Below, in pieces: positions 9,624 through 20,104 of a DNA stretch of 64,000 nucleotides. A model generated the notes under the pieces. It worked only from the letters and a program-made list of their open reading frames with translations. It did no database searches and had not been told where the DNA came from. The position numbers and the translations under genes are program-made. The DNA is from a virus: IMG/VR virus record IMGVR_UViG_3300037116_000074, positions 8,376 through 72,375 of that record; one strand, 5' to 3'. The number at the start of each line of letters is the position of its first letter. Positions within the stretch are counted from its first letter, which is position 1.

Positions 9624-10055
9624 ATGGCATTGTATCCTAATCCTCCTTCAGCATTTATGAGTCAGTATCATAGCTATGGACTAATTGGTATAGTTGGGCA
9701 AAATCCATCACAACCTAATTTTGAATTACAATTTTCTAGTTCTGCTACTGATTCACAAAAAACTTTTGTAGAAACACAGGCTCAAACTTTTGATTGGATT
9801 CCTTATGTTCCAGCCCCTGGTCCAAATGTATTAGGATTTACTAATACAGTTATGTCTGATGATACAATTCCAGCTCAAGCACAAATGGGTTTAGCGGCAT
9901 GGTATCCACAGTTACAAATGTTTATCAATAATTCATCTGTTATTAAATCCGGTTGGGCTAATTTAGTTTTAACATTTGAAAGCACTTGGTTGACTTCACA
10001 AGTACAAACGTCTGTGCTAGCATATGCTTTAGAATTTAATATTCCATTAGTTTAA
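9624..10055 (+). CDS. putative tail fibre-associated/chaperone protein
   Basis: immediately downstream of the fibre gene; size. Confidence 0.45.
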   Translation: MALYPNPPSAFMSQYHSYGLIGIVGQNPSQPNFELQFSSSATDSQKTFVETQAQTFDWIPYVPAPGPNVLGFTNTVMSDDTIPAQAQMGLAAWYPQLQMFINNSSVIKSGWANLVLTFESTWLTSQVQTSVLAYALEFNIPLV

Positions 10056-10068
10056 TTTAGGAGCAATC

Positions 10069-10743
10069 ATGAAAAGTTTAATACTCACTTTAGCATTTAT
10101 CGCAGGCACTCCATGCTTTGCACAATCTTTATCTCCTGGTGATATTCCAGCGATTAATCTAGAATCAAATAATGCCCGCGGTGGTGTTACTGGTGTGCTT
10201 CCATTAGCCAATGGCGGTACTGGTGGTTCTGCTCCGAATATTAACTTAGCCACTCAAGTAACAGGTATACTATCTAATGCTAATGGTGGTAGTGGAGTGA
10301 GTGCGGCGGCAGTAACGAACGGTCAATTATTAGTTGGTAAAACTTCAGATCATAGTTTGAATTTAGCAACATTAACAGCCGGTGCCAATGTAACAGTCAC
10401 TAATGGTGCAGGAACGATTACAGTAGCTGCTGCCAATACCTATACTCCAACAGTCAGTCAACCAACAGCTTCAACGCTTGCGGCTGCTTTCGATAATGCA
10501 TATCTTATAGATACAACTGCCAATGCCTGTGCAGTCACATTGCCAACAGCAGTGGGACATGCTGGACATCAGATAGTTGTTTTCTTACAAGTTAAGGGTG
10601 GAAGTAATGCCGTGACAATGGCATCTACATCATCACAAACTATTAATGCTGCTGCTGCTTCAGGGTTTGGCATATCTACCGCTAATAAATCTTATACATT
10701 CATGAGCGATGGTGCTAACTTTGTAGTTATTGCTTCTGAATAA
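10069..10743 (+). CDS. fibre-like protein with predicted signal peptide
   Basis: MKSLILTLAFIAGTPCFA|QS; GVLPLANGGTG fibre repeats; C-terminal TLP..G..SQTIN..SDG.N module. Confidence 0.7.
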   Translation: MKSLILTLAFIAGTPCFAQSLSPGDIPAINLESNNARGGVTGVLPLANGGTGGSAPNINLATQVTGILSNANGGSGVSAAAVTNGQLLVGKTSDHSLNLATLTAGANVTVTNGAGTITVAAANTYTPTVSQPTASTLAAAFDNAYLIDTTANACAVTLPTAVGHAGHQIVVFLQVKGGSNAVTMASTSSQTINAAAASGFGISTANKSYTFMSDGANFVVIASE

Positions 10744-10752
10744 CAAGGAACT

Positions 10753-12810
10753 ATGAAATACTTATGGACACTATTAATAACTCTGAGTTTGTGTATATCA
10801 ACAGTATACGCACAGTCGGGGTTATTCATAGCTCCTAGTAGCTCAGTCATAACTTCACCCGTTACGGGGCAATCCTGGCTATTTAATAGTACGAATAATA
10901 CTGTAAGTGTCTGGACCGGTGCATCCTATCTAACAAAGAGTGCTCCATTTAGTAATTTAGTTGCTACTACTAATCCAACATCTGCTAACGACAACACACA
11001 GAATTATGTAGTTGGTAGTTTCTGGATTAATCAAACAACACAAACTTTATATATGGCTACAGCGGTTGGTACTAGTGCAGCTGTTTGGGTTGGTATGAAT
11101 GTAGTTACATCATCTATCCCTCTAGCGAACATCCAGCAAGGTGGTGCTACAAATGGTCAATCTCTTATATGGAATAATGGCGGTGGGGTTTGGGGTCCGG
11201 CTAATCCGGTTATTGCTCTGGCTCAGTTATCGCAATCTGCTGCAACGTCTGGGCAAGTGCCTGCATGGAATGGTTCCGCGTGGGTAGCTAGTGATGCTGG
11301 AGCTGGTACGGTCACTTCGGTGTCGACTGGTAATTTAAGTCCTTTATTTACAGCAGCAATAGCTAGTCCAACTTCTACACCGGCTTTAAGTTTTAGTTTA
11401 AGTACCTGTGCATCGAAAAGTATTCTGTCTAATATAACATCCGGTTCGGCTGCACCTGCATATAACGTATTAACGCTCACGGCTGGCACAGGTTTAACTG
11501 GCGGTGGGAACCTTGCAGATAGTCCAACAATTACTTTATCTACTCCTATATCAATTGCTCATGGAGGAACTGGAGCTGCTAGTGCTAGTGCAAATACATG
11601 GTTTGGTAATAATACTGGTTCCCCAGCTACGCCTGGGTTTGAAAGTCTAACAGCGGCAGATTTACCAACAACTACCGTTAACTCAGTTACGAATAGTTCT
11701 ACATTAGTTACTGGTGCTATTAGTGGTCAAGCACTTACGCTATCAGATGCCCACGCTGCAATTCCTATTACAAGTGGTGGGACAGGTGCAATCACACGAC
11801 CTTTAGCAATCCTGAGTCTTATAGCTGGATCTCCAACTACAGGACAGGCATTAGAATTTGATGGCACGAATTGGGTGCCTGCCACTGTTTCAGGAACCGG
11901 TACGGTTACAAGCTTTAGTTCGGGTAATGCATCACCCTTATTTAGTACATCAGTAGCAACAGCCACTACAACACCAGCACAAACATTTACTGTTAGTAAT
12001 GCTGCGGCGCATACTATCTTATCGAATGCGACTAGTGGTTCAGCAGCACCTGCCTACAATGTATTAAGTGTTATTGCTGGTACTGGTTTAAGTGGGGGTG
12101 GTACGTTAGATACTAATCCTACTATTAATTTAACCGTCCCTGTTAGTAACAGTAATTTAGGTACAACGGTAGTTACCAGCGCTGGAAATTTAAGTCCGGT
12201 TTTTACTACTACAATCACAGCACAAACATTAGGGTTTGCTTTAACTGCTGTAGCACCGCATGCATATTTAGGAAATCAAACCGGTAGTTCAGCAGCGCCG
12301 GCATATCAAGTAATCGATGCGGCTGACTTACCTACAACAACAGTAAATACAACGGGTAATTTAAGTCCGTTGTTTACATCTAGTATTAGTGGACAAGCCT
12401 TAAGTTTTAGTCTTACCAATGCAGCGGGACATAGTATTTTATCTAATACATCAAGTAGTCCTGGAGCACCAGCCTATAATGTATTAAGTGTTACTGCTGG
12501 CACTGGTTTAACTGGTGGTGGTACATTAGATACTAGTCCAACATTAAATTTAGATACACCAGTATCAGTAGCTCATGGTGGTACGGGTACTGCATTATTC
12601 ACTTCGGGCCAAGCAACATTTCTAACAGCAGGTAGCGTTGCCGTAGCAGATGCTAGTATAACCTCTAGTAGTATAGTAGTAGTATCAGTAGCAGGTAGCA
12701 CAGCCCTAGCGGAAGAATTATCAGTAGCAGTATCCGCAGGTGTTGGATTTACAATTTATTCGACGAATGTAGTTTCAACAGCTGTAGTTAATTATATAAG
12801 GGTGAAATAA
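10753..12810 (+). CDS. long fibre-like protein with predicted signal peptide and internal repeats
   Basis: MKYLWTLLITLSLCISTVYA|QS; WNG..W, GTVTS, AHGGTG motifs; three APAYNVL..AGTGL.GGG repeats. Confidence 0.75.
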   Translation: MKYLWTLLITLSLCISTVYAQSGLFIAPSSSVITSPVTGQSWLFNSTNNTVSVWTGASYLTKSAPFSNLVATTNPTSANDNTQNYVVGSFWINQTTQTLYMATAVGTSAAVWVGMNVVTSSIPLANIQQGGATNGQSLIWNNGGGVWGPANPVIALAQLSQSAATSGQVPAWNGSAWVASDAGAGTVTSVSTGNLSPLFTAAIASPTSTPALSFSLSTCASKSILSNITSGSAAPAYNVLTLTAGTGLTGGGNLADSPTITLSTPISIAHGGTGAASASANTWFGNNTGSPATPGFESLTAADLPTTTVNSVTNSSTLVTGAISGQALTLSDAHAAIPITSGGTGAITRPLAILSLIAGSPTTGQALEFDGTNWVPATVSGTGTVTSFSSGNASPLFSTSVATATTTPAQTFTVSNAAAHTILSNATSGSAAPAYNVLSVIAGTGLSGGGTLDTNPTINLTVPVSNSNLGTTVVTSAGNLSPVFTTTITAQTLGFALTAVAPHAYLGNQTGSSAAPAYQVIDAADLPTTTVNTTGNLSPLFTSSISGQALSFSLTNAAGHSILSNTSSSPGAPAYNVLSVTAGTGLTGGGTLDTSPTLNLDTPVSVAHGGTGTALFTSGQATFLTAGSVAVADASITSSSIVVVSVAGSTALAEELSVAVSAGVGFTIYSTNVVSTAVVNYIRVK

Positions 12811-12811
12811 T

Positions 12812-14536
12812 ATGCGTCAGTTAATTCTTTCTAGTTTATGTTTCTTCCTGTTAATACAACCAGGCTATACGCAAGTTGGCTTATTTGTTCGACCTGATAG
12901 CAGTTCACTATCTGCTCCGGTTTCTGGACAAACTTGGTTATTCAACAGTACCAATAAGACTATGCAGGTCTATAACGGAAGTATATTTCAGGTAGCATCA
13001 GCGCCGCTTAATAACTTCGTTGCTTCAGTAGCACCTACTTCTAGTAATGACAATACACAGGGATATACTCCTGGCTCAGCTTGGTACAACACAGTAACGG
13101 GTTTTACTTATCAATTAGTGAATGCCGCTACTAGTGCCGCTGTTTGGGTTCAAACAAATAATTTAGGTGCTTTATCCATACCTCTAACTTCACTACAGGC
13201 TGGTGGCGCTAGCGTTGGTCAATCATTATTATTTAATGGAACGCATTGGGCCCCTGGTAGTCCGGCTATTAATTTAAATCAACTAGTTAACTCAGGTGCC
13301 CTTGTCAGTCAAGTCCCCGTATGGAATGGCACTAACTGGGTGCCTCAAACATTATCCGGAGGCGGCGGTGGTGGTGGATTACCTGTTGGTGGATCTGATA
13401 ATAAGATATTAAGTTATGCCAGTAGCACTGCTGGTTGGTTTAATGGGTTGAGTACAGTCAGTTCTTTAACGGTAAATACAGGCGCAACATTAACAGTTAA
13501 TTCGCCAAGTGTAATCGTTGTAGCACCATCTGGTAGTGACCAAGTTCTATATTTACCAGTGGCATCGACCTGTTTGGGACAGATGTTCACCATAGTTCAA
13601 AGTTATACTTTTAGTTTATATGAAACTACTATTGAAACACAGGGTAGTGATCATATTGAACTCTTTAATGGGTTATCGGGTACTCCGTTTGGAGGACAGT
13701 TAGTCATTGGTGGCAATGGTCATGGTATACCATATTCTGCACCAGTTACTGTTATTAGTGATGGTATTAACTGCTGGCATCAATTAGCACCTTCTCAACA
13801 ACCATATGCACCGGCTCCATTGGCGCTGAATGTAGTTGCTCAATCTAGCGACTTCAATGCTCATACGCAGGAAGTAGATCTAGTAACACTAACATCAGCC
13901 AACGTAACTGCAACTTTGCCTGATGCAACTTTATATCCAGGACAACAATTAGTTGTTATTTTAAATCAGGGTAGTTCAAGTTCATATTCATTACTTTTCG
14001 CTACGACTGCCGGCCAGCTTATTAATGCTAGTAACTTCTGGTATAACCAAGGGTTTAGCGGTGGAACGCAAGCAATTGTGTTTACTTTTATTAGCAATGG
14101 AACTAATTGGAATGCTTCTTTTAGTGGCGATATGTTAGCTGGATTATTTAACGGTCCTAATAACGGATACCAAACTGGACAAATAGCAATGTCTACTAAC
14201 GGAAATACTATTCAACTGCAATCAATTTTATCCGCACATTCTGTCAGTAGCGATACTCTTGCCTATAGTATGAATTCTTATTTTGTAGATACTAGCGGCG
14301 GTGACGTTGTTATAACCTTAGCGGACGCAGTTGCGGAATCGGGACAGGAGATATCCGTAACCTATGCAGTAGCTGGCAACAATGTTAAATTCGCTTCAAC
14401 CAGTTCGCAAACTATTAATGGTGGAGCAGCTACATTCTTCACGTATTTAACTGTCGTTGGATCAAGTGTGAGATTTGTTTCGGATGGTTCTAATTGGTGG
14501 TGTGTTGCCAATACATTCGGCGGTGTTGGACCATAA
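12812..14536 (+). CDS. fibre-like protein with predicted signal peptide; N-terminus paralogous to 10753
   Basis: MRQLILSSLCFFLLIQPGYT|QV; shared GLF..P.SS....PV.GQ.WLFNSTN; three copies of the S(D/N)G.N(W) module. Confidence 0.75.
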   Translation: MRQLILSSLCFFLLIQPGYTQVGLFVRPDSSSLSAPVSGQTWLFNSTNKTMQVYNGSIFQVASAPLNNFVASVAPTSSNDNTQGYTPGSAWYNTVTGFTYQLVNAATSAAVWVQTNNLGALSIPLTSLQAGGASVGQSLLFNGTHWAPGSPAINLNQLVNSGALVSQVPVWNGTNWVPQTLSGGGGGGGLPVGGSDNKILSYASSTAGWFNGLSTVSSLTVNTGATLTVNSPSVIVVAPSGSDQVLYLPVASTCLGQMFTIVQSYTFSLYETTIETQGSDHIELFNGLSGTPFGGQLVIGGNGHGIPYSAPVTVISDGINCWHQLAPSQQPYAPAPLALNVVAQSSDFNAHTQEVDLVTLTSANVTATLPDATLYPGQQLVVILNQGSSSSYSLLFATTAGQLINASNFWYNQGFSGGTQAIVFTFISNGTNWNASFSGDMLAGLFNGPNNGYQTGQIAMSTNGNTIQLQSILSAHSVSSDTLAYSMNSYFVDTSGGDVVITLADAVAESGQEISVTYAVAGNNVKFASTSSQTINGGAATFFTYLTVVGSSVRFVSDGSNWWCVANTFGGVGP

Positions 14537-14539
14537 TCT

Positions 14540-14686
14540 ATGACATTACTTCAATGGTTAGTAATTGGATTTTTAGTCTTTGTTATTAGTGTGACGTTTA
14601 CATTAGGATTTTTAAATCTTAGTCATCCTATATATCAAGAATCCGAAGATCCATACATACATAAACAATCATATCTGTTAATTTAA
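14540..14686 (+). CDS. small single-TM protein (48 aa, not in ORF track)
   Basis: MTLLQWLVIGFLVFVISVTFTLGFLNL...; starts 3 nt after the upstream stop. Confidence 0.5.
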   Translation: MTLLQWLVIGFLVFVISVTFTLGFLNLSHPIYQESEDPYIHKQSYLLI

Positions 14687-15780
14687 CTAACACCCTGTGT
14701 AATTTGATTGCACGTTAGGTGAGTCATAAAGCCATCGCCTTCAGATGAACCATAATCAGGCATACTAAAGCTCTGCATTATCCCTACGATAAATAATTGC
14801 CTGTTATCTAATCCTAATAAATCGTTTGATTCGGCTTCGAATATTTTTACTTGGTCATTAATATTTAAACTAGAATCACCTTCAACGACCATTTTAACAA
14901 CTAGATTTTTACGTTGAATTTCATCAGCTACTGCATTCCATAATTGTTCTGCATTCTGGGCATTAATATCTGGACGGTTCATGCTAATAAACTTACCTGT
15001 ACCATCACCTACTGCATGTTCATAAATGATCGTTGCCTTACCGTCTCTATCGTATCCATGTAGTCGTAAAGTGAAATTATTACATCGTCTAGATTGCTGC
15101 ATGATAGATAATGTTAAAATTGGAATTTGTGTGATATCGGCAGAGGATGGAGTCGGACGCCAATAATATTTATGTGAACTTGCACCCAGGCCTGGGGCGG
15201 CAAAATGTAATACTTTATGTTGATCTACGTAGGCAACATAACCTGCTTCGTCGGCTAATTGTGTGATAATCTTCCAGAGCGGCCTAGGTGACGTGCTCAG
15301 CGCCCAGTCTTCACCCTGGAATGTAGACGCCTTGATACCGGCCATGACAGAACTCACTTGAATATTGGCTTGTAAGCCATTGTCATCTGCAATGCTTTGC
15401 ACTACCTGACTAACAGTTTGATTCAGATATTTATCCAAAGTTTCAGTCTTATCACGTAACACTGCACTATAATCCCGACCATTGATTTCAATTTCATCCG
15501 TTTCCCAGATGCCTTCAATCGTGTCAACAATACCATCAAAAATAATCTGCGAACTACCTTGAGTGCTATCAAGAAGAATAATTTGACATTCCATCGGATC
15601 AGTTTTTTGCTGATCGGCAAATATATCATAATTGATTGATTTTAGTTGCTGAATAGAAGTCGTAACTTCAAATGTGCATAAATTACCATAGGAGGTGAGA
15701 TGGCATTGCCAATGAAGAACTGGTATTGTGTGTCCATTTAGAATCACTTGCGTTGTTAACTGTCGTACATTGTTGCTCAT
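14683..15780 (-). CDS. baseplate hub (gpD/gp44/gp27-like)
   Basis: IFDGIVD, I.GRD, W..I..LA...GY..YVD...LHF pattern; synteny. Confidence 0.85.
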   Translation of the reverse strand: MSNNVRQLTTQVILNGHTIPVLHWQCHLTSYGNLCTFEVTTSIQQLKSINYDIFADQQKTDPMECQIILLDSTQGSSQIIFDGIVDTIEGIWETDEIEINGRDYSAVLRDKTETLDKYLNQTVSQVVQSIADDNGLQANIQVSSVMAGIKASTFQGEDWALSTSPRPLWKIITQLADEAGYVAYVDQHKVLHFAAPGLGASSHKYYWRPTPSSADITQIPILTLSIMQQSRRCNNFTLRLHGYDRDGKATIIYEHAVGDGTGKFISMNRPDINAQNAEQLWNAVADEIQRKNLVVKMVVEGDSSLNINDQVKIFEAESNDLLGLDNRQLFIVGIMQSFSMPDYGSSEGDGFMTHLTCNQITQGVS

Positions 15781-15923
15781 GGCCGATTCCGATATACTTG
15801 TTTCACTTCATACCAACCATCAAATGGAGCAGCAATTATAGTCCTGACTACATAATCAGGATAGTCAACGACCATTAATCGAAGAAATAAAAATAGTCCA
15901 AACATAGTGCAATAATGTTTCAT
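15777..15923 (-). CDS. small hypothetical protein (48 aa, not in ORF track)
   Basis: ATGA overlaps with both neighbours; MKHYCTMFGLFLFLRLMVVDYP... Confidence 0.5.
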   Translation of the reverse strand: MKHYCTMFGLFLFLRLMVVDYPDYVVRTIIAAPFDGWYEVKQVYRNRP

Positions 15924-16870
15924 GATGTTGGTATTAGCGAAGTTTGAATACTGGTGGGTGGAATAGTTAAGGTAAACAATCCAATAGGAAGCACATCTTG
16001 TAAATTATTTTGTTGTGCTATTAAGGGCCATAACGTACTATCACCATAATATTGTGAAGCTAATTGCATGAGGTTCGGATTCGATACAACAATCGTAGCT
16101 ATCGGAATAACTTGATTAACCATTAATGTTTGGCTTAAAGTAAATAAGCTGGCTGATAGTGTAGCAGCAGCTGTTGCTTGGCCATAATCAGAACCATTAA
16201 TAACAGGTTGTAATGTTATTTGTACTGCTGTGATTTGTGCCTGTAGAGCAGTTTGCTGAGCATTCGTAATACTGGAAACATTACCATTAGCGGATATAAC
16301 AGCTGCTGTAGCACTCTGAGCTACAAATGTTGCAGAGGCAATAATAATAGGAGGTAATAATAAGCCTGTTGTTGAAGTGACAGCAGCAGTCACACCAGTC
16401 TGTGCATTAAATACAGCAGCAGATGGAGAGGTAGTAGATGGTGGTTGATTGGATGTTGTTGTATAGTCAAATGTAGGAACTACTTTAATACGATACTGTA
16501 ATTCCTGAGCCATCTTACCAGTGATTTCGAATTCGTGAACTATGACATCATACTGGAAAGGACCCCATATAAGGCGCTGAACTGTACCGGTGACACGCAT
16601 TGTATTAAGTAAGCTAGCGCGTTGAATCGGTACGCTAGTGCCAGATTGAGTATCGCCCTGGAAAAATACTCCATGCCATTCAACACCATCGGCCGGAAAC
16701 GAACCTAACTCCTGAACAGTTCTAGTGCCACCAGAAAAATCATGGACTGCTAATTTTTGAACGCCAAAGAGATTAGGTAAATCTTCTGGTACTTCAAATT
16801 GATAGAATGTAAAACTACCTAATTGAAGTGGTTGATAATTTGCGCCTAAACCTTGCAATATACTAGCCAT
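15920..16870 (-). CDS. tail tube initiator with C-terminal LysM-like (gpU/gpX-like) domain
   Basis: LAVHDFSGG.R..Q.LG N-terminus; L..LASQYYGD..LW..IA..NNL..L.IP C-terminus. Confidence 0.8.
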   Translation of the reverse strand: MASILQGLGANYQPLQLGSFTFYQFEVPEDLPNLFGVQKLAVHDFSGGTRTVQELGSFPADGVEWHGVFFQGDTQSGTSVPIQRASLLNTMRVTGTVQRLIWGPFQYDVIVHEFEITGKMAQELQYRIKVVPTFDYTTTSNQPPSTTSPSAAVFNAQTGVTAAVTSTTGLLLPPIIIASATFVAQSATAAVISANGNVSSITNAQQTALQAQITAVQITLQPVINGSDYGQATAAATLSASLFTLSQTLMVNQVIPIATIVVSNPNLMQLASQYYGDSTLWPLIAQQNNLQDVLPIGLFTLTIPPTSIQTSLIPTS

Positions 16871-17288
16871 GATAAACTCCCAGCTTATTCAATAGTTGTT
16901 TTACTAATGGATACATAGCATTCACAGTCATCGCATACAGTTCTCTATACTTAGGACGCTGACAATTAGCAGCATTATGACCGGGATCTAGTCCAGGGGT
17001 ATAATATTTCGCTATGTACTTTAAAGCAGTTTGTGTATTGATAAGGGGGTCGAAGGCCTCATCAGGCGTTAGCTTACCTAGTTCACCATGTACATTTAAT
17101 TGAAATAAACCAAATGATTGATAGTTATCGCCAACAACATACGGATTGAGTCCAGATTCTAAAGTGGCAATGCTAACAATAAAGATAGGGTCCAAGTGCG
17201 CTGCTACAGATTCACTTATGAGCATCTGAATAATAGCTTTATGCTCTGGAGAAATAGAATTTTGCAATAATGTATCGATGAGTGGCAT
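16863..17288 (-). CDS. lytic transglycosylase (SLT-like)
   Basis: IA.LESGLNP...GLFQL...FDP..N; between tape measure and baseplate genes. Confidence 0.85.
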   Translation of the reverse strand: MPLIDTLLQNSISPEHKAIIQMLISESVAAHLDPIFIVSIATLESGLNPYVVGDNYQSFGLFQLNVHGELGKLTPDEAFDPLINTQTALKYIAKYYTPGLDPGHNAANCQRPKYRELYAMTVNAMYPLVKQLLNKLGVYHG

Positions 17289-19423
17289 TAATGACTTACT
17301 CCGTGGCTATAGATTTTCGGTGAATAACTACCGCCGGGATTGCTAGCTGCATGATTCATCTTTTGGGCGGATTTGAGTTGCTTGCGTTCTACATGATGGC
17401 TAACGTGCTCTCCGATTTTCTTACCATCCAGGTGGATATCGTTATGAATTGTAATCGGTTGTGGTGGTGGTGGATTAAGATTTAAGCGTCCAGATGATTT
17501 AAAAGATTTAGCTAAATTTGCATCAACTAAAGATTCAACATGTGGTGGTGCGATCATATATTGACCTTGACCATGTGTTGCAGGTAAACCAGCTCCAAGT
17601 AAGGGTAGAAATGAAGATTTCATGCCGGGCGGGGGCGGTGGTACGTTTAATTTTCGATAATCAGCAGCCCAGTCTTTGCTACCAGATTTTGTATGTGTCG
17701 TTAAACGACCACCCTGACCAGCAAAATGTTGGCCAACCTGACCGGCTTCAAATAAACGATCTCCCAGTGCATTACCAATCTGAGTACCAGGACGCATCAG
17801 GGCTTTTTCAGGACTGGCGTTTCCGGTAAGCCATGTGGCAATCGGTCCTACATTATCATTTAAAATTTTAATCAATGCACTTAATGTATCGATACCACTA
17901 TTCAAAGCTGCAACAACTTGTTTATTATCTCCCAGTGCATTACCAAACGCTTCAAACGCTGCCATCATCTTAGCCCAGCGATCTTCAACAGAAGTACTGG
18001 TAGCTAAAACCTGATCTAGATTTTTAGCACCCTTAACTCCAAGCTGTTGTTGTTTGACGGTCTTCTCATATCGTCCAGTCATGATTTCAATCACTTCACC
18101 AATGGCTTTTTGTGTAGCACCATAGAAGAATGTTCCAACCATGCGCTTCTGTTCGACATCTTTTTGTTTTTCGAATTCGCCAGGTTTAAGATGAAAATAA
18201 CGCTCCATACCAGCTTTCACTGGTCCTTGTAAGAATCCAATACGATCAGATGCTGCCTGCTCATACCACGGTGGTGGTTTTTGAGCTAAATAATTATGAT
18301 AAACATCTTTATTATAAGTATCACTACCTGCGCCAGTTAGAGTACCACCATTATGCAACACATGCTTACCTGATGGCATATCTATATATGTAGAACGTCC
18401 ACCGCGGCCTTTATGATGCTGAGCAAATTCTTCGATACCAGGAAACATACCTGCTTCTTTCCAGATACCAATCATCTGCTTAGACATAATACCTTGTGAG
18501 AATATTCTATCCAAGGCCAAGGCAGACGAACCAACACCGCCCATTCCACCACCGCCGCCGCCTGCTGTTAATTGTTCACTGATACCGTGAAATAATTCTC
18601 CAAATAATGAGAATTTATTAGCTCCCAACTTAGCACCGCGTGATTGTTGTAATTGCCTAGAGAATTGTGATAATGGAACTTGTCCTCCATAATACCCTTC
18701 GTATTGAGCCAACAAATTAGCAGTCTCTGATTTTTGTTTAATAGTACGGTCGCCCATCTTTTCCCAGATTTGATTCATAAGCATGCCAGTAGCACCCTCT
18801 TTTGAATCTTCAACATTAAGCTTACGCATACCTAAATCAATTCGATTCATTAATTCCATTGAATCAATTACACCCCTGGTGTCAGGTGAAATCGCTGCAC
18901 CCTTAATTGCATAATCGACATTCTGTGCTGCATTCATGGTATATTTCCCGGACGAAGCTAATGACAACGCTTTACGCCTAATCTCAGCCTGTTCATCACC
19001 TGAATAGCGACTTAGTTTTAATCGTTGTGCATTCTTTTCAAAATCAACGGCATTACCACCTACAGCGCCTACGCCTTGGATAAGCTTATAAATTCCTAAT
19101 AGGGGAGCAACTGTACGCATTAAGCCGCCCAGGGAAGCGCCTAACATTCCGACTTGTCTAGTAGCGCCTGTAGCGGCTGTACCAACGTTTCTAACGCCAG
19201 TATGTATATTCTGCAAGCCACGTTCTTTCCGGGTCACAGAATCGATGCTTTGACCCATAGCATGGAACTGCTGATTAACTTTCTTCTGCTGAGACTCCAT
19301 CATAGATAAGGTTTTGTTCATCTTAGAGAACATACCATCCATTTTTTGGAGCATAGGCAAGATCACCTTTAACTGCTGTTCCAGGTTACTCTTTAATTGA
19401 AGCTCTATGCCTACTTTATCCAT
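17288..19423 (-). CDS. tape measure protein
   Basis: 711 aa helical, Gly/Ala/Met-rich; follows the chaperone; ends IHLDGKKIG. Confidence 0.85.
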   Translation of the reverse strand: MDKVGIELQLKSNLEQQLKVILPMLQKMDGMFSKMNKTLSMMESQQKKVNQQFHAMGQSIDSVTRKERGLQNIHTGVRNVGTAATGATRQVGMLGASLGGLMRTVAPLLGIYKLIQGVGAVGGNAVDFEKNAQRLKLSRYSGDEQAEIRRKALSLASSGKYTMNAAQNVDYAIKGAAISPDTRGVIDSMELMNRIDLGMRKLNVEDSKEGATGMLMNQIWEKMGDRTIKQKSETANLLAQYEGYYGGQVPLSQFSRQLQQSRGAKLGANKFSLFGELFHGISEQLTAGGGGGGMGGVGSSALALDRIFSQGIMSKQMIGIWKEAGMFPGIEEFAQHHKGRGGRSTYIDMPSGKHVLHNGGTLTGAGSDTYNKDVYHNYLAQKPPPWYEQAASDRIGFLQGPVKAGMERYFHLKPGEFEKQKDVEQKRMVGTFFYGATQKAIGEVIEIMTGRYEKTVKQQQLGVKGAKNLDQVLATSTSVEDRWAKMMAAFEAFGNALGDNKQVVAALNSGIDTLSALIKILNDNVGPIATWLTGNASPEKALMRPGTQIGNALGDRLFEAGQVGQHFAGQGGRLTTHTKSGSKDWAADYRKLNVPPPPPGMKSSFLPLLGAGLPATHGQGQYMIAPPHVESLVDANLAKSFKSSGRLNLNPPPPQPITIHNDIHLDGKKIGEHVSHHVERKQLKSAQKMNHAASNPGGSYSPKIYSHGVSH

Positions 19424-19437
19424 ATATTAATTATAGG

Positions 19438-19614
19438 TTATTCATGGGTGATTTCACCCGTTTTCCAGTTGACATGCGCTCCCTTCTGTTGCTGGAAAAT
19501 ATAAACAAACGAAAGCCGCAAGAGTGGGTCTAGCTCTAGCGCATCATTTAATGAAAAACCATTCTGTATCAGAAACGCCACTTCATTCAGAAAGGCGCTA
19601 TCTACTACTTTTTT
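19438..19614 (-). CDS. -1 frameshift extension of tail assembly chaperone (gpGT-like)
   Basis: slippery A AAA AAG at 19614-19608 just before the stop; -1 frame reads KKVVDSAFLNEVAFLIQNGF...WKTGEITHE*. Confidence 0.85.
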   Translation of the reverse strand, partial: KKVVDSAFLNEVAFLIQNGFSLNDALELDPLLRLSFVYIFQQQKGAHVNWKTGEITHE

Positions 19615-20024
19615 ATGATCTCAAGCTGGCTGGAGCTTAAGGGGGCGAAGTGATTAAAATAAACATCTAGAGCCAAGTCGCAGCCGTCTTCACCTAGTTG
19701 CTGCATGATAAGACCAACTTCAGCGGCGGAGCTTGGTAGGACCATAGGTTTGCCATCTATAGAGCGCACGAATAGGCACATCCGACTATTGAACTCATTA
19801 CGGGCTGGATCGGATTTTTTGTCTGGATCGGTCATACTGGCGATGATACTAGGTAACAACATGGCACTTGGCACCGCTGGTTTACCCATGCGAATTACTC
19901 TCCCGTCTGGGAGTTTGAATTCTACATCTGGTCGAAGTTGTGAGGATTTCGGTGCTTCCTCTGGCTTGACTTCAGCTACCACTTCATCCTTTTTATCATT
20001 ATCTTCATATTTAACTTCTGCCAT
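19605..20024 (-). CDS. tail assembly chaperone
   Basis: upstream of tape measure; VRSIDG.P..P...EV..I...LG.DG; AGGAG RBS. Confidence 0.85.
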   Translation of the reverse strand: MAEVKYEDNDKKDEVVAEVKPEEAPKSSQLRPDVEFKLPDGRVIRMGKPAVPSAMLLPSIIASMTDPDKKSDPARNEFNSRMCLFVRSIDGKPMVLPSSAAEVGLIMQQLGEDGCDLALDVYFNHFAPLSSSQLEIIKK

Positions 20025-20104
20025 AGTAAACTCCTAATTTGTTATAACGAATTAAGTATAAGTAATTCTCATCCTTAATACATTACAAGCAATTCATATA
20101 AGTC

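Noticed and set aside
7999-14536. Diversity-generating retroelement or invertible fibre cassette
   Set aside because: No reverse transcriptase, invertase, adenine-specific TR/VR pair or flanking inverted sites seen
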